Of a stretch of 64,000 nucleotides of DNA, positions 22,292-33,226 are shown piece by piece (the stretch's first letter is position 1; every line of letters starts with the position of its first letter). The position numbers and the translations under genes are program-made. The DNA is from Halothiobacillus sp. GTDB lineage: Bacteria; Pseudomonadota; Gammaproteobacteria; Halothiobacillales; Halothiobacillaceae. Where the stretch lies: NCBI GenBank assembly GCA_011389965.1, contig JAABTF010000004.1:9739-73738 (forward strand), written 5' to 3'. The notes under the pieces were generated by a model. The model worked only from the letters and a program-made list of their open reading frames with translations. It had not been told where the DNA came from and did not search any database.

Positions 22292-24427
22292 ATGATGAAT
22301 CGCTTTCAGACCAGCCCGGCCCAGGTAAAAGATGAGCTTGCACGCCTGATGGGCGCCGCTCTCCACGAAGCCGTCCGGTTGCTGGTCACCCGGACCGAGC
22401 GTCAGCTCTTCGACCTGGCCGCTGAAGAACAGGACGGTGAACAACGTGCCGCCCTGTTCCAGGCCATCGCCTTCTGCAGGGGCGAAGAGGGCCGATTTTT
22501 TTCCCAATTCGCGAACATGCTTCTCCAGCCCGTGCCCGCCGAGCTCGCCGGTGACTGGCACGAGTTGATCGGCGATCGGACGCGAGGGATGACCTTCGAG
22601 GATGGTCTGAACCAGGCCCGGCATGAATGCGGGATCGAGCATGCTCAGTTCGAGGCACGCATCGGCCAGTTGCACGCCGACGATCCCACGGCCGTGCCCG
22701 AGGGCATGTATACACTGGATGCGATCAGCCGGGCGTTTATTGGGGCGATCGCCGACTTCCCCGATGATCTCCGTCATCGACTGGTTGCCCAATGGCCCGA
22801 TCAAGTCCTGCTGCGACTCGCCCCGATCTACTCGGTGCTCAACGACTACATGATTCAGGTGGGCATCCTGCCGGGTATCAAGCGGTTGCGTGACCCGCTC
22901 GCCGACGTCACCACCGCCGCAATCACGCCGGCCACGCCACGCGTCGACGAACCCGCCATCCCGCAGCACCAGGGGCCGTCTCCGGACCAGCTGGCAGACC
23001 GGTTGATACCGCTCGTCCGGGCCACCCGGGAGGGCGACGACCAATATCTGTTCCGCTTTGAGCGGGACCAGGAGTGGCGGGCGGAAGATTTTGCCGGGTT
23101 CATCATGGACCGTCTCGAACCGACCTTGCCGCTGGGAAACTGGCCGGCAAAAAGCCGCGAGCTGATCCGTCTCGTGGGCACGACATTCAGTGATGTGCTC
23201 AACGATGCCATGATCAGCCCACGGCATCGGCGCCAGATCGCCGAACTCCAGCTGGCGGTGCTCTACTTCGCCATCCGCAATCGCCATTTCTTCTCGGATG
23301 CCGACCACCCCCTGCGGCGGATCATCAACCACATGGCGTTGATCGGTTCGGACCCGGATCTCAGCGGTGATCCCGAGCGGACCGGCGACCTCCTCGGGCC
23401 CATACAGGAAGCGATCCTTGACCAGCCCGAGCGGCTTGACGAGCTTTCGGAGCAGATGCAAAGCATTTCCCGCGGCAAACCCCTCGCCCCCAAGACGCGC
23501 CCCCCCAACCCGGCGCGCCAACGACTGGCACTCATTGAAGAGCGCTGCCGCAGCCGGGTCGAGAAGATCATCGCCGGTCATACCAACGACCTGCCGCTAC
23601 GCGAGCCCACGCGCGGCTTGCTCGACGAGCTGTTCACACCCTTCATGGTCCGCACGATGATTAACCAGGGGCGCCAAAGCGCGCCCTGGGCCGACATAAT
23701 CGAGATGCTCCACCAGGCGCTGACACTGCAGATCGATCCGACGATCACGCCCGAGGATGTCGAGGCATTCAGTCGTCAGGCCCACCGGCTGTTCAGCGCG
23801 CAAGCCAGCGATGACCCACTCGCGGCCGAAGAACATGCGCTCGATGCTTTCATCGCCTACCTGCACCACGAAGCCGAACACACTCCCGCCCTTTCCGTGC
23901 CCTCTCTTGAAGAACCGGCTTCACCGCCTCCCTCGTTCTCATCCGCAAGCGAAGCCGTAGATGTGGCGCAAGCCGACCCGGTTCCGGAGTTCGCCACCGA
24001 GGAGGAACCAGGAGCCGCGGAGGCTTCAGCTCTGCCTCCAACGTCCGAAATGGTGCAGGAGACGCCCTCCGACCAGGTGCCTGCCGAGGCCGAGGCACCT
24101 GCGCCCCGCACACCGCAGGATGGCCTGGTGCTGGCCTCTCTCGACTTTGTCCAATCCTTCTTCGCGCAACAGATCCGGAGCGAGGAGTGGTTCGAGGTGC
24201 ATACCGGCCCGGGTCGGGCACTGCGCCGCTTGAAGATGCGGGATCTCGACCGGGAGAACGGCGTACTCACCTTCGCCAACCGGACCGGCCACGCCGAACT
24301 GAGCCTGCCCCTGGCCAAGGTGATCGACGACCTGCTCGAGGATCGCTCACGGCTGGTCTTCGAGAACTCCCGCTTCATTCGATCCCTCGAGCATCTGCGC
24401 GAACAGCTGGAGGGTCTTGAGTCATGA
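22292..24427 (+). CDS. DUF1631-like protein
   Basis: FFSDADHPLRRIIN core and a C-terminal W.E...R.K......F.NR.G pattern resembling DUF1631, with an acidic Pro/Ala linker. Confidence 0.7.
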   Translation: MMNRFQTSPAQVKDELARLMGAALHEAVRLLVTRTERQLFDLAAEEQDGEQRAALFQAIAFCRGEEGRFFSQFANMLLQPVPAELAGDWHELIGDRTRGMTFEDGLNQARHECGIEHAQFEARIGQLHADDPTAVPEGMYTLDAISRAFIGAIADFPDDLRHRLVAQWPDQVLLRLAPIYSVLNDYMIQVGILPGIKRLRDPLADVTTAAITPATPRVDEPAIPQHQGPSPDQLADRLIPLVRATREGDDQYLFRFERDQEWRAEDFAGFIMDRLEPTLPLGNWPAKSRELIRLVGTTFSDVLNDAMISPRHRRQIAELQLAVLYFAIRNRHFFSDADHPLRRIINHMALIGSDPDLSGDPERTGDLLGPIQEAILDQPERLDELSEQMQSISRGKPLAPKTRPPNPARQRLALIEERCRSRVEKIIAGHTNDLPLREPTRGLLDELFTPFMVRTMINQGRQSAPWADIIEMLHQALTLQIDPTITPEDVEAFSRQAHRLFSAQASDDPLAAEEHALDAFIAYLHHEAEHTPALSVPSLEEPASPPPSFSSASEAVDVAQADPVPEFATEEEPGAAEASALPPTSEMVQETPSDQVPAEAEAPAPRTPQDGLVLASLDFVQSFFAQQIRSEEWFEVHTGPGRALRRLKMRDLDRENGVLTFANRTGHAELSLPLAKVIDDLLEDRSRLVFENSRFIRSLEHLREQLEGLES

Positions 24428-24822
24428 CTGCCGACCGAACCATCCTGCCCTCGGGAACCGACGACTTTCGGGACCGGCGCGATTTTAATCGCCTGGACAC
24501 CCGCGGAATGGGTCTGTTGCGCATCCAGGGCGGAGATCGCCCCGTCGGCAACGGCCGCATCGTCGACATCAGTGCCAACGGCCTGAACCTCCTTTGCGAC
24601 GCCAGTTGGAACGATCGGGTCGAGCAAGGGGCTCGCGTAGAGGTCATGGCACGCCTGGATGACCCAAAGGAACCTTTCTTCCTCGTCGGCGATGTCATCT
24701 GGCACCGTACCGTGGCGGGCGAGGGCTGCCAGGTCGGCATCGAGCTGATCGCCCCGGCCCCCAACGACACAGCCGACCGGCACGACGACAACCGCGACTG
24801 GCGGGCCCTGTTCCTCGCCTGA
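24424..24822 (+). CDS. PilZ domain protein (c-di-GMP receptor)
   Basis: RxxxR (RDFNR) and DxSxxG (DISANG) are intact. ATGA overlap with the upstream gene. Confidence 0.85.
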   Translation: MTADRTILPSGTDDFRDRRDFNRLDTRGMGLLRIQGGDRPVGNGRIVDISANGLNLLCDASWNDRVEQGARVEVMARLDDPKEPFFLVGDVIWHRTVAGEGCQVGIELIAPAPNDTADRHDDNRDWRALFLA

Positions 24823-24985
24823 TCCGCCCGTGACCGCACCATCCGGCCGATTGGCAAGCAACCGTTTCGAACGGTTTTGACCAAGCGGCTGTTGTACAAT
24901 CCCGGCCCATGATCGGGCTGCCGTGGTTTCTGACCATGCAGGGCCCGGATGACCCCATCGACCACGCAAAGCGCCCGACCGACCT

Positions 24986-27900
24986 ATGCGAATCATTACC
25001 GGCAACGCCGCCCGCTCCCCTTTCCGTCTCGCCAAGCTCACCGAGCTGCTGCGCGAACACCATCCCGGGATCGAGGCGGTGCACGCGCGATTTGTCCATC
25101 TGGTCGAACCGACCGACGAGGGCAATATCGACGACGCACGGCTCGAAGAGCTACTTGACTACGGCGAGGCCCAGGAAAAGTGGTCGAGCGATTGGCCGGC
25201 GGTGATCATCGCTCCCCGGGCCGGGACCATCTCGCCGTGGTCGACCAAGGCCACCGATATCGCGCATATCTGTGGCCTGGACGGAGTCGCCCGCATCGAG
25301 CGGGGCATCGAATTCGGCATCTCCGGCAAAGCCGTGGAAAACGCATCGTTCCAGTGGTCTCCGGCCCTCCTCGAGGCCCTGCACGACCGGATGACCGAGT
25401 CGGCCTATCAACAGGCCGATGAGCTCGATGCACTTTTTCATCACGCCACTCCCGCGCCGCTGGAACATGTCGAACTGGGCGCAAACGCCGTGGACGCACT
25501 CCAGCAGGCCAACCAGCGCATGGGGCTGGCCCTGAGTCAGGCCGAGATCGAGTACCTAGCCGAGGCCTACACCCGGCTGGCGCGCGACCCGAGCGATGTC
25601 GAACTGATGATGTTCGCTCAGGCTAATTCCGAGCACTGCCGACACAAGATCTTCAATGCCGACTGGACCATCGACGGCGAGGAGCATGACCTGTCGCTGT
25701 TCGCCATGATCCGCAACACACACCAGCGCCATCCCGAAGGCACGCTGAGCGCCTACAAGGACAACGCTGCGGTCATCCAGGGTGCAGAAGGCACGCGCTT
25801 TGCTGCCAACCCGGAAACCGGTCGGTACGAGACGGTCGACGAGCGCATCGATTTCCTCGCCAAGGTGGAGACGCACAACCACCCCACCGCCATTTCGCCC
25901 GACCCGGGTGCGGCGACCGGGGCCGGCGGCGAAATCCGGGACGAAGGGGCCACCGGCCGGGGCGGCAAGCCCAAGGCAGGCCTCTCCGGCTTCTCGGTCT
26001 CCAACCTGCGCATCCCGGCCCTGCCCCAGCCTTGGGAGGCGGCTACTGCGAATCTCGGGCGCCCGGACCGCATTGTCAGCCCGCTGAAAATCATGCTGGA
26101 CGGCCCCATCGGTGCGGCTTCGTTCAACAACGAGTTCGGCCGCCCCGTGCTGGGGGGGTATTTCCGCACCCTCGAACTCGACACCGGCGAATCCGGCCTG
26201 GAAAACGGCCGCCATGCCTGGGGCTATCACAAGCCGATCATGATCGCCGGCGGAGTCGGGGTCATCCGCCCCAACCTGATCGAAAAGGAACCCATTGCCC
26301 CGGGCCACCTGCTGATCGTCCTGGGGGGCCCCGCCATGCAGATCGGCCTGGGCGGCGGCGCGGCCTCCTCGCAGACCTCGGGCACCGCCAGCGCCGAACT
26401 CGATTTCGCCTCGGTACAGCGCGCCAATCCGGAAATGGAACGGCGCGTCCAGGAAGTCCTCGACCGCTGCATCTCGCTGGGCACCACCAACCCGATCGTC
26501 TCCGCGCACGACGTGGGCGCCGGCGGGCTGTCCAACGCCCTGCCCGAGCTGATCAACGATGCCGGCATGGGCGGGCATTTCGACCTGCGCCAGATTCCCA
26601 ACGACGAACCGGGCATGTCGCCGCTGGCGATCTGGTGCAACGAGTCGCAGGAGCGCTACGTGCTGGCCATCCAGCCGGGTGACCTGGAACGTTTCGCGGC
26701 CCTGTGCGAACGCGAGCGCGCGCCCTTCGCCGTCGTCGGCACCGCCACCGCCGAACAGCACCTGCTGGTCGAGGACCCACACTTCGGCGATGCGCCGGTC
26801 GACCTGCCGATGCAGACGCTTTTCGGCCACCCGCCCAAGATGCACCGGGATGTCACGCGTGAAGGCAGTCGTTCGGTCGAACTCGATCTCGAGGGCATCG
26901 AGGTGGATACGGCGCTCGATCGGGTCCTATCCCTGCCGGGCGTGGGTGACAAGAGCTTTTTGATCACCATCGGCGACCGGTCGGTGGGTGGTCTGGTGGC
27001 CCGGGACCAGATGGTCGGCCCGGCCCAGGTGCCGGTGGCCGACAGCGCCGTGACCGCCACCGATTTCTATCACCATCATGGCGAGGCCATGGCCATGGGC
27101 GAACGGGCCCCGGTGGCCCTGCTCGATGCCCCCGCCTCGGCCCGCCTGGCCATCGCCGAAGTGGTCACGAACCTTGCGGGCACGGCGATCGACTCGACCG
27201 ATCGCATCAAGCTGTCCGCCAACTGGATGGCCGCTTGCGGACATGACGGCGAGGACGCGCGCCTGTACGACACCGTGCGCACCGTGGGGATGGAATTCTG
27301 CCCGGCACTCGGCATCAGCATCCCGGTGGGCAAGGACTCGCTCTCCATGAAGACCCGCTGGCAGGACGATGGGACGGACAAGATCGTGACCGCCCCGGTC
27401 TCGCTGGTAGTCACAGGCTTCGCGCCGGTCTCCGACGTCCGCCGCACCCTTACTCCGGAAATCCGGTCGGATATTGCCAACCGGCTGTTTCTGGTCGATC
27501 TGGGCCTGGGTGAGAATCGTCTGGGTGGCTCCGCACTGGCGCAGGTCTACAACGCCACCGGCGCGACCACCCCGGATATCGCGCCCGCCCCGCTCAAGGC
27601 CTTCTTCGATCGCATCCAGGAACTCAACCGCCTAGGCCTATTGTTTGCCTACCATGACCGTTCCGACGGGGGCGCGATCACCACCCTGCTGGAAATGGCC
27701 TTCGCCGGCCGTTGCGGCCTGGATCTGTCGATCGACGGACTGGGCGGCGATCCACTCGCCGGCCTTTTCAGCGAGGAAGTGGGCGGCATCTTCCAGGTCG
27801 CCGCGGACGACGCGGACTTCATTCGCGAGCAGTTCGAACAGGCCGGTCTGTCCGAGGCCCTGGTGGATCTCGGCCAAGCCACTCCGGAACCCCGGGTCCA

Positions 27901-28912
27901 CGTCCAGTGGCGCGGCAAGACCGTCATCAACCGTGATCTCGCCGAACTCAAGCGGGTCTGGTCGGCGACCTCGTTCCAAATGAGTGCTCTGCGCGACAAC
28001 CCCGAGGCGGCCAAGCAGGCCTACCGGGCAGCCACCGACTTCACCGATCCGCAACTGGCCGGCAGCCGGGCGAGTTTCGACGTGAGCGAATCGGTCGCCG
28101 CCCCCATGATCCAGACCGGCGCCCGCCCGCGCATTGCCATCCTGCGCGAGCAGGGGGTCAATGGCGAGATCGAGATGGCCGCGGCCTTCACCGCCGCCGG
28201 CTTCGATGCCGTCGACGTACACATGGCGGACCTGATCGCCGGCCGCCACGACCTGACCGACGTGAAGGGCCTAGTTGCCTGCGGTGGGTTCTCCTTCGGC
28301 GACGTGCTGGGCGCCGGCTCGGGCTGGGCCCACGCCATCCGCTACAACACCCGTGCCAACGATGCCATGAGCGCCTTCTTCCATCGTGACGACACCTTCG
28401 GCCTGGGGGTGTGCAACGGCTGCCAGATGTTCTCGCAGCTTTCCGACCTGATTCCGGGCGCCGAGCACTGGCCGCGTTTCTTGCGCAACCGCTCCGAGCA
28501 GTTCGAGGCGCGCCTCTCGCTGGTCGAGATCCCGGATTCGCCCTCGATCCTGCTGGCCGGGATGGAAGGCAGCCGCCTGCCGATCACCGTGGCGCATGGT
28601 GAGGGACGCGTCGCCTACCGCCGTCCCGAGGATGCCGAGCAGGTGTTCACCGCCCTGCGCTACGTGGATGGTCACGGCATCGCCACCGAGCAATACCCGG
28701 GCAACCCCAACGGCTCTGCGGCCGGCGAGACGGGCTTTACCACCGAAGACGGCCGATTCACGGTCATGATGCCCCATCCCGAGCGGGTCTGGCGCGCCAG
28801 CCAGATGTCCTGGCGACCTGACCGCTGGTCGGCGGACATGCGTGACCCGGCTACCGATCGCGGCCCGTGGCTGCGTCTGTTCGAGAACGCGCGGGTCTGG
28901 GTAGACGGCTGA
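24986..28912 (+). CDS. purL: phosphoribosylformylglycinamidine synthase
   Basis: [29 protein letters not shown] and MMPHPER. Confidence 0.97.
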   Translation: MRIITGNAARSPFRLAKLTELLREHHPGIEAVHARFVHLVEPTDEGNIDDARLEELLDYGEAQEKWSSDWPAVIIAPRAGTISPWSTKATDIAHICGLDGVARIERGIEFGISGKAVENASFQWSPALLEALHDRMTESAYQQADELDALFHHATPAPLEHVELGANAVDALQQANQRMGLALSQAEIEYLAEAYTRLARDPSDVELMMFAQANSEHCRHKIFNADWTIDGEEHDLSLFAMIRNTHQRHPEGTLSAYKDNAAVIQGAEGTRFAANPETGRYETVDERIDFLAKVETHNHPTAISPDPGAATGAGGEIRDEGATGRGGKPKAGLSGFSVSNLRIPALPQPWEAATANLGRPDRIVSPLKIMLDGPIGAASFNNEFGRPVLGGYFRTLELDTGESGLENGRHAWGYHKPIMIAGGVGVIRPNLIEKEPIAPGHLLIVLGGPAMQIGLGGGAASSQTSGTASAELDFASVQRANPEMERRVQEVLDRCISLGTTNPIVSAHDVGAGGLSNALPELINDAGMGGHFDLRQIPNDEPGMSPLAIWCNESQERYVLAIQPGDLERFAALCERERAPFAVVGTATAEQHLLVEDPHFGDAPVDLPMQTLFGHPPKMHRDVTREGSRSVELDLEGIEVDTALDRVLSLPGVGDKSFLITIGDRSVGGLVARDQMVGPAQVPVADSAVTATDFYHHHGEAMAMGERAPVALLDAPASARLAIAEVVTNLAGTAIDSTDRIKLSANWMAACGHDGEDARLYDTVRTVGMEFCPALGISIPVGKDSLSMKTRWQDDGTDKIVTAPVSLVVTGFAPVSDVRRTLTPEIRSDIANRLFLVDLGLGENRLGGSALAQVYNATGATTPDIAPAPLKAFFDRIQELNRLGLLFAYHDRSDGGAITTLLEMAFAGRCGLDLSIDGLGGDPLAGLFSEEVGGIFQVAADDADFIREQFEQAGLSEALVDLGQATPEPRVHVQWRGKTVINRDLAELKRVWSATSFQMSALRDNPEAAKQAYRAATDFTDPQLAGSRASFDVSESVAAPMIQTGARPRIAILREQGVNGEIEMAAAFTAAGFDAVDVHMADLIAGRHDLTDVKGLVACGGFSFGDVLGAGSGWAHAIRYNTRANDAMSAFFHRDDTFGLGVCNGCQMFSQLSDLIPGAEHWPRFLRNRSEQFEARLSLVEIPDSPSILLAGMEGSRLPITVAHGEGRVAYRRPEDAEQVFTALRYVDGHGIATEQYPGNPNGSAAGETGFTTEDGRFTVMMPHPERVWRASQMSWRPDRWSADMRDPATDRGPWLRLFENARVWVDG

Positions 28913-28913
28913 C

Positions 28914-29822
28914 GTGGGGGTCGGTGAGCGCATCCCGCCCACGCTGATCCTGATGTCGGGCTCCACCCTGTGGGGCCTGACCTGGATTTGGCTCAAGGAC
29001 GCGCACGCCCTGGGCATCGGGCCCATTCTCCTCACCGTAATCGCTTATGCCGCACAGCTGCTGGTGGTCGCCCCGTTCGCCTTGAACGCCCTCACTGCGA
29101 CCGGGCGCCCGCCCGTCACGCGCCTCAACCGCAGCTGGCTGGCCCTGCTGGCCTTTCTCTCCGGCGTATCCGGCATCGGCTTTACCATGGCGATGGTCTA
29201 CGGCGACGTCGTCCGCTCGATGATGCTGTTTTTCCTGATCCCGGCCTGGGGCGTTCTTTTCGGCCGCCTTTTTCTCAAGGAACCGTTGACGCCCACCCGC
29301 GTGTCAGCGGTGATCAGCGCCCTGCTCGGCGCCTTCCTGATCCTGGGTCCCGATTTCGGCACCGGCATGCTTCCCGCCGACCTGTTCGCTCTGGTCGCCG
29401 GCTTCAGCCTGGCCGGCGCCAATACCCTCTTCCGCTTTCTGCACGAACAACCCATTCCGATCAAACTGTCGTTGATGCAGGCGTCGACCGTTGGACTGGG
29501 GTTGATCGCCTGGTTCTTCTCCAGCGAGTACGGGATAACGCCCACCCTGGAGGCGGTCACCAGCAGCGCCCTGTACGGGGCCACCATGCTGCTGGCCGCC
29601 GTGCTGGCCACCCAGTACGCCGTGGAACGCCTGCCCGCCTCGCGCACCGCGATCCTGATGACCCTGGAGTTGCTGGTCGCGGTGGCCTCGGCCACTTGGC
29701 TGGGTGATCGCATTCACGGACCGAATGTCTGGACCGGTGGGGCCCTGATCCTGATCGCCGCCCTGCTCGAGGCCGGCAGCGTCCATCGACGTCGTCCCCC
29801 GGTGGCCCCATGCACGGGCTGA
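28914..29822 (+). CDS. DMT/EamA family transporter
   Basis: About 10 hydrophobic helices in a duplicated EamA pattern (LWG..W; FLKE....R). Confidence 0.85.
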   Translation: MGVGERIPPTLILMSGSTLWGLTWIWLKDAHALGIGPILLTVIAYAAQLLVVAPFALNALTATGRPPVTRLNRSWLALLAFLSGVSGIGFTMAMVYGDVVRSMMLFFLIPAWGVLFGRLFLKEPLTPTRVSAVISALLGAFLILGPDFGTGMLPADLFALVAGFSLAGANTLFRFLHEQPIPIKLSLMQASTVGLGLIAWFFSSEYGITPTLEAVTSSALYGATMLLAAVLATQYAVERLPASRTAILMTLELLVAVASATWLGDRIHGPNVWTGGALILIAALLEAGSVHRRRPPVAPCTG

Positions 29823-31831
29823 ACCCGCAACAGCAGGCGGCGATTCGCCACATCGACACCCCGCTGCTAGTGCTTGCCGGCGCGGGATCGGGCAAGACAC
29901 GGGTGATCGTGGAAAAGATCGTCCACCTTATTGATACCAAGGGCCTGCCGGCACGCGGCATCTGGGCGGTGACCTTCACCAACAAGGCCGCCCGCGAAAT
30001 GGCCGAACGCATCGGTCAACGGCTGCCGCCCGAACGCCGCCGCGGCCTGAACATCTCGACCTTCCACACGCTGGGGCTCAACCTGATCCGCCGCGAGACC
30101 CGCACCATGGGGCTCCGCCCGGGCTTTACCGTTCTGGATGCCGAGGACAGCCTCAACCTGATCAAATCGTTGTTGCAGCAGAACGAGGCGGCCGCCGGTC
30201 TGCTCGAACCCAAGGAGGCACAGGCGCAGATCTCCAAGTGGAAGAACGACCTGTTGACGGCCGACCAGGCACTGGCCAGTTGCGACGACCCGGTGGAGGC
30301 GGCCTGCGCCAGCCTCTACGCCGACTATGGCCGCCAGTTGGTCGCCTGCAACGCCCTCGACTTCGACGACCTGATCAAGCGGCCGGTAGAACTGCTGCGC
30401 GACGACCCCGAGGCGCGCGAGCGCTGGCAACACCGGGTGCGCTACCTGCTGGTTGACGAGTACCAGGACACCAACGCCAGCCAATACGAACTGGTCCGGC
30501 TGCTGGTGGGACCGATGGGGCGCTTCACCGCCGTAGGCGACGACCACCAGTCCATCTACGCCTGGCGCGGCGCGCGGCCGGAGAACCTGACTCACCTGCA
30601 ACGCGATTTCCCCCGCCTGGAAACCATCAAGCTCGAGCAGAATTACCGCTCGGTAAATACCGTCCTGACGGCCGCCAACCAGTTGATCTCAAACGACCCC
30701 ACCACCCAACCAAAGAACCTGTGGAGCGCGGTCGGCCCCGGCGAGGGTCATCGGGTACTGGTGTGTGACACCGCCGAGGACGAAGCCGAGCGTATCGCCA
30801 CCGACATCCTGCATCGGCATTTCAAGGACGACACCCCCTACCGAAGCTTCGCCATCCTGTTCCGCGGCAACCACCAGGCCCGCTTGCTCGAACAGCAACT
30901 GCGCAAGCTCTCGATTCCCTATGTCCTTACCGGTGGTCAATCGTTCTTCGAGCGCGCCGAGGTCAAGGATGCCATGGCCTACCTGCGCCTGATGGCCAAC
31001 CCTTCCGACGACGCCGCCCTGCTGCGCATAATCAACACCCCTCGCCGCGGCATCGGGCCGACCACGCTCGAACGCCTCGGCCAGATCTCCCGAGAACGCC
31101 ACTCGCACCTGGCCGCCGCCGCGCAATCGATCACCGCGGAACAGCGCCTCGATGCCCGGGTGCGCCACCAGCTGAACCAGTTCTTCGACTGGCTCGAGGC
31201 CAGCCGGGCCCGCATGGAAACCGAGCCGGCCGCGGATGCCCTGCGTCGACTGCTCGAGGAGATCGACTACTTCGGTTATCTGCGCGAGCAGGAGAGCTCG
31301 GCCAAGGCGGCCGAGCGTCGCTGGACCAACCTGCAGGACTGGCTCGAATGGACCGAGCGCATCGCCGTGGACAGCGAATCGGGGGAAACGCTGTCACTCG
31401 CCGACCTGGTGCAGAAGATGAGTCTTCTCGGCATCCTTGACCAGAAGACCCGCGACCAGGACGACAACGCCGTCCGGCTTCTCACCCTGCACGGGGCCAA
31501 GGGACTGGAATTCCCCCATGTCTTCCTCTCGGGGATGGAGGAAGACCTCCTGCCCCACCAGGACTGCCAGGAAGACGAACGCCTGGCCGAGGAACGGCGG
31601 CTGTGCTTCGTCGGCATCACCCGAGCGCAACGCAGCCTGACCTTCACCCTTACCCGGCGGCGCCGACGTTATGGACAATGGCGCGATGTTCAGCCCAGTC
31701 GGTTTCTCGAGGAGATCGAAGTGGACCTGCTGCGCTGGGAAGGAGTCGGCGTCAAGCGCAGCGAGGCCGAGACCCGAGCCACGGCCAAGGAAGCCATGGC
31801 CTCGATTCGTGCGATGCTGGGCAAGGACTGA
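29810..31831 (+). CDS. rep: ATP-dependent DNA helicase Rep
   Basis: LVLAGAGSGKT, TFTNKAA, VDEYQDTN, VGDDHQSIY, LEQNYRS and TLHGAKGLEF; 673 aa, lacking the UvrD C-terminal tail. Confidence 0.9.
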   Translation: MHGLNPQQQAAIRHIDTPLLVLAGAGSGKTRVIVEKIVHLIDTKGLPARGIWAVTFTNKAAREMAERIGQRLPPERRRGLNISTFHTLGLNLIRRETRTMGLRPGFTVLDAEDSLNLIKSLLQQNEAAAGLLEPKEAQAQISKWKNDLLTADQALASCDDPVEAACASLYADYGRQLVACNALDFDDLIKRPVELLRDDPEARERWQHRVRYLLVDEYQDTNASQYELVRLLVGPMGRFTAVGDDHQSIYAWRGARPENLTHLQRDFPRLETIKLEQNYRSVNTVLTAANQLISNDPTTQPKNLWSAVGPGEGHRVLVCDTAEDEAERIATDILHRHFKDDTPYRSFAILFRGNHQARLLEQQLRKLSIPYVLTGGQSFFERAEVKDAMAYLRLMANPSDDAALLRIINTPRRGIGPTTLERLGQISRERHSHLAAAAQSITAEQRLDARVRHQLNQFFDWLEASRARMETEPAADALRRLLEEIDYFGYLREQESSAKAAERRWTNLQDWLEWTERIAVDSESGETLSLADLVQKMSLLGILDQKTRDQDDNAVRLLTLHGAKGLEFPHVFLSGMEEDLLPHQDCQEDERLAEERRLCFVGITRAQRSLTFTLTRRRRRYGQWRDVQPSRFLEEIEVDLLRWEGVGVKRSEAETRATAKEAMASIRAMLGKD

Positions 31832-31840
31832 CTGAGTAAA

Positions 31841-31857
31841 TACATATTATTTATGTA
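31841..31857. promoter_or_regulatory. AT-rich palindrome upstream of the RND operon (candidate operator)
   Basis: TACATA-ttatt-TATGTA in an AT-rich patch about 90 nt before the MFP ATG. Confidence 0.45.
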
Positions 31858-31942
31858 GCATAGGCATAATCGCTGAAGTCCCCGGCGTTTTTGCTATGCT
31901 CTTCCCGCCTCCCGCACTCGAGACAAGGGCATCCCCACGACC

Positions 31943-33226
31943 ATGCAGGCAACTGACACCCCCCCGCCGAGATCCCGTCCCTGGCTGTACCGACTCGTTC
32001 TGCCGGTAGTGATCCTAGCGATCGCCGTGGCGGGATTCGTCGTCCTGAAGGCCTCCCAACCCGAGGCGCCGGCAGCGTCCCCGCAGGAACGGGCCTGGCA
32101 GGTCGAGTCCATGACCATCGAACCCCAGGAACTCCACGCAAGCCTGACGCTACATGGCGAGGTCACCAACCCCGACTCCCTGACCGTCAACGCCCCGTTG
32201 AGCGCCCGCGTCGAGCGCGTGCCGGTCGAGGACGGCCAGAGCGTGCAATCCGGCGACCTCCTGGTCGCCCTGGACGAACGCGATTTCCTGCCCAACCTGA
32301 CGCGTGCCCGGGCCAACCTGGCCGACCTCGAGGCCCAGATCGCGCAGGCCCGCCAGACCCAGCGCGCCGACCGGGATGCCCTGACACTCGAGCGCAGGCT
32401 GGTGGCGAATGCGCAAACCGCACTCAACCGCGCCCAGGACCTTAACGCCCGCAATCTCGCCTCGCAATCGGATGTGGACAACGCCCGCGACGCCCTCACC
32501 CAGGCGCGCCTCGCCCTCAACAACCGCCAGGAGCGCTTGGCCACCTTCGAGGCCCGCCTGGAGGCGCTCGAGGCCCGGGCCGATGCCGCCCGGGCGGACG
32601 TGCAAGCCGCCGAACGCGATCGTGACCGGGCCCTGGCAACCGCCCCAGCCGATGGCCTGGTGGGCAACGTCGCGGTGACCCGCGGGGCCCAGGTTAGCGC
32701 CAACGCCACCCTGCTGGTATTTCACCCTTGGTCAGGCTTCGAGTTGCGCGCGCTGATTCCCAATCGCGAAGTCGCCCCCCTGCTCGCGGCACTGAAGGAC
32801 GACCGGCCGCCCCGCGCGCGTATCCTGAGTGCAGCTCGATCCCAGGAGCTTGAACTGGTGCGGATTGCCGGGGAGGCCAGCGGCCAGGGGGCCACCGGCA
32901 TCTTCCGTTTCGAGTCGCCGACCGCCCAGTTGCGCCTGGGCGAGATACTGAAAGTGGCGCTGCAGATGCCCACGGTGGACGAGGCCATTGCCATCCCTTA
33001 CAGCGCGCTGTACGGCAACGATCACGTTTACCGCATCCGGGGCGAACGGCTCGAACGGGTTGCCGTCGAGCGGCTGGGTGAATACAAGCGGGACGGCCGT
33101 TCGATGTTGCTGATCCGCTCCGATGCCCTGGCCGCCGGTGACCGGATCGCCACCACGCAGTTGCCCAACGCCGTCGACGGACTGAGGGTGAATTCCGCTG
33201 CGAACAGCGGTGAGGCTCAACAGTGA
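31943..33226 (+). CDS. RND efflux membrane fusion protein
   Basis: N-terminal TM, lipoyl-like V..G..V..GD.L..LD, a long coiled coil and AP.DG.V. Confidence 0.9.
   Translation: MQATDTPPPRSRPWLYRLVLPVVILAIAVAGFVVLKASQPEAPAASPQERAWQVESMTIEPQELHASLTLHGEVTNPDSLTVNAPLSARVERVPVEDGQSVQSGDLLVALDERDFLPNLTRARANLADLEAQIAQARQTQRADRDALTLERRLVANAQTALNRAQDLNARNLASQSDVDNARDALTQARLALNNRQERLATFEARLEALEARADAARADVQAAERDRDRALATAPADGLVGNVAVTRGAQVSANATLLVFHPWSGFELRALIPNREVAPLLAALKDDRPPRARILSAARSQELELVRIAGEASGQGATGIFRFESPTAQLRLGEILKVALQMPTVDEAIAIPYSALYGNDHVYRIRGERLERVAVERLGEYKRDGRSMLLIRSDALAAGDRIATTQLPNAVDGLRVNSAANSGEAQQ

Noticed and set aside
23870-24120. Low-complexity Pro/Ala/Glu stretch in the DUF1631-like gene
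   Set aside because: An ordinary disordered linker; no tandem DNA repeat is visible.
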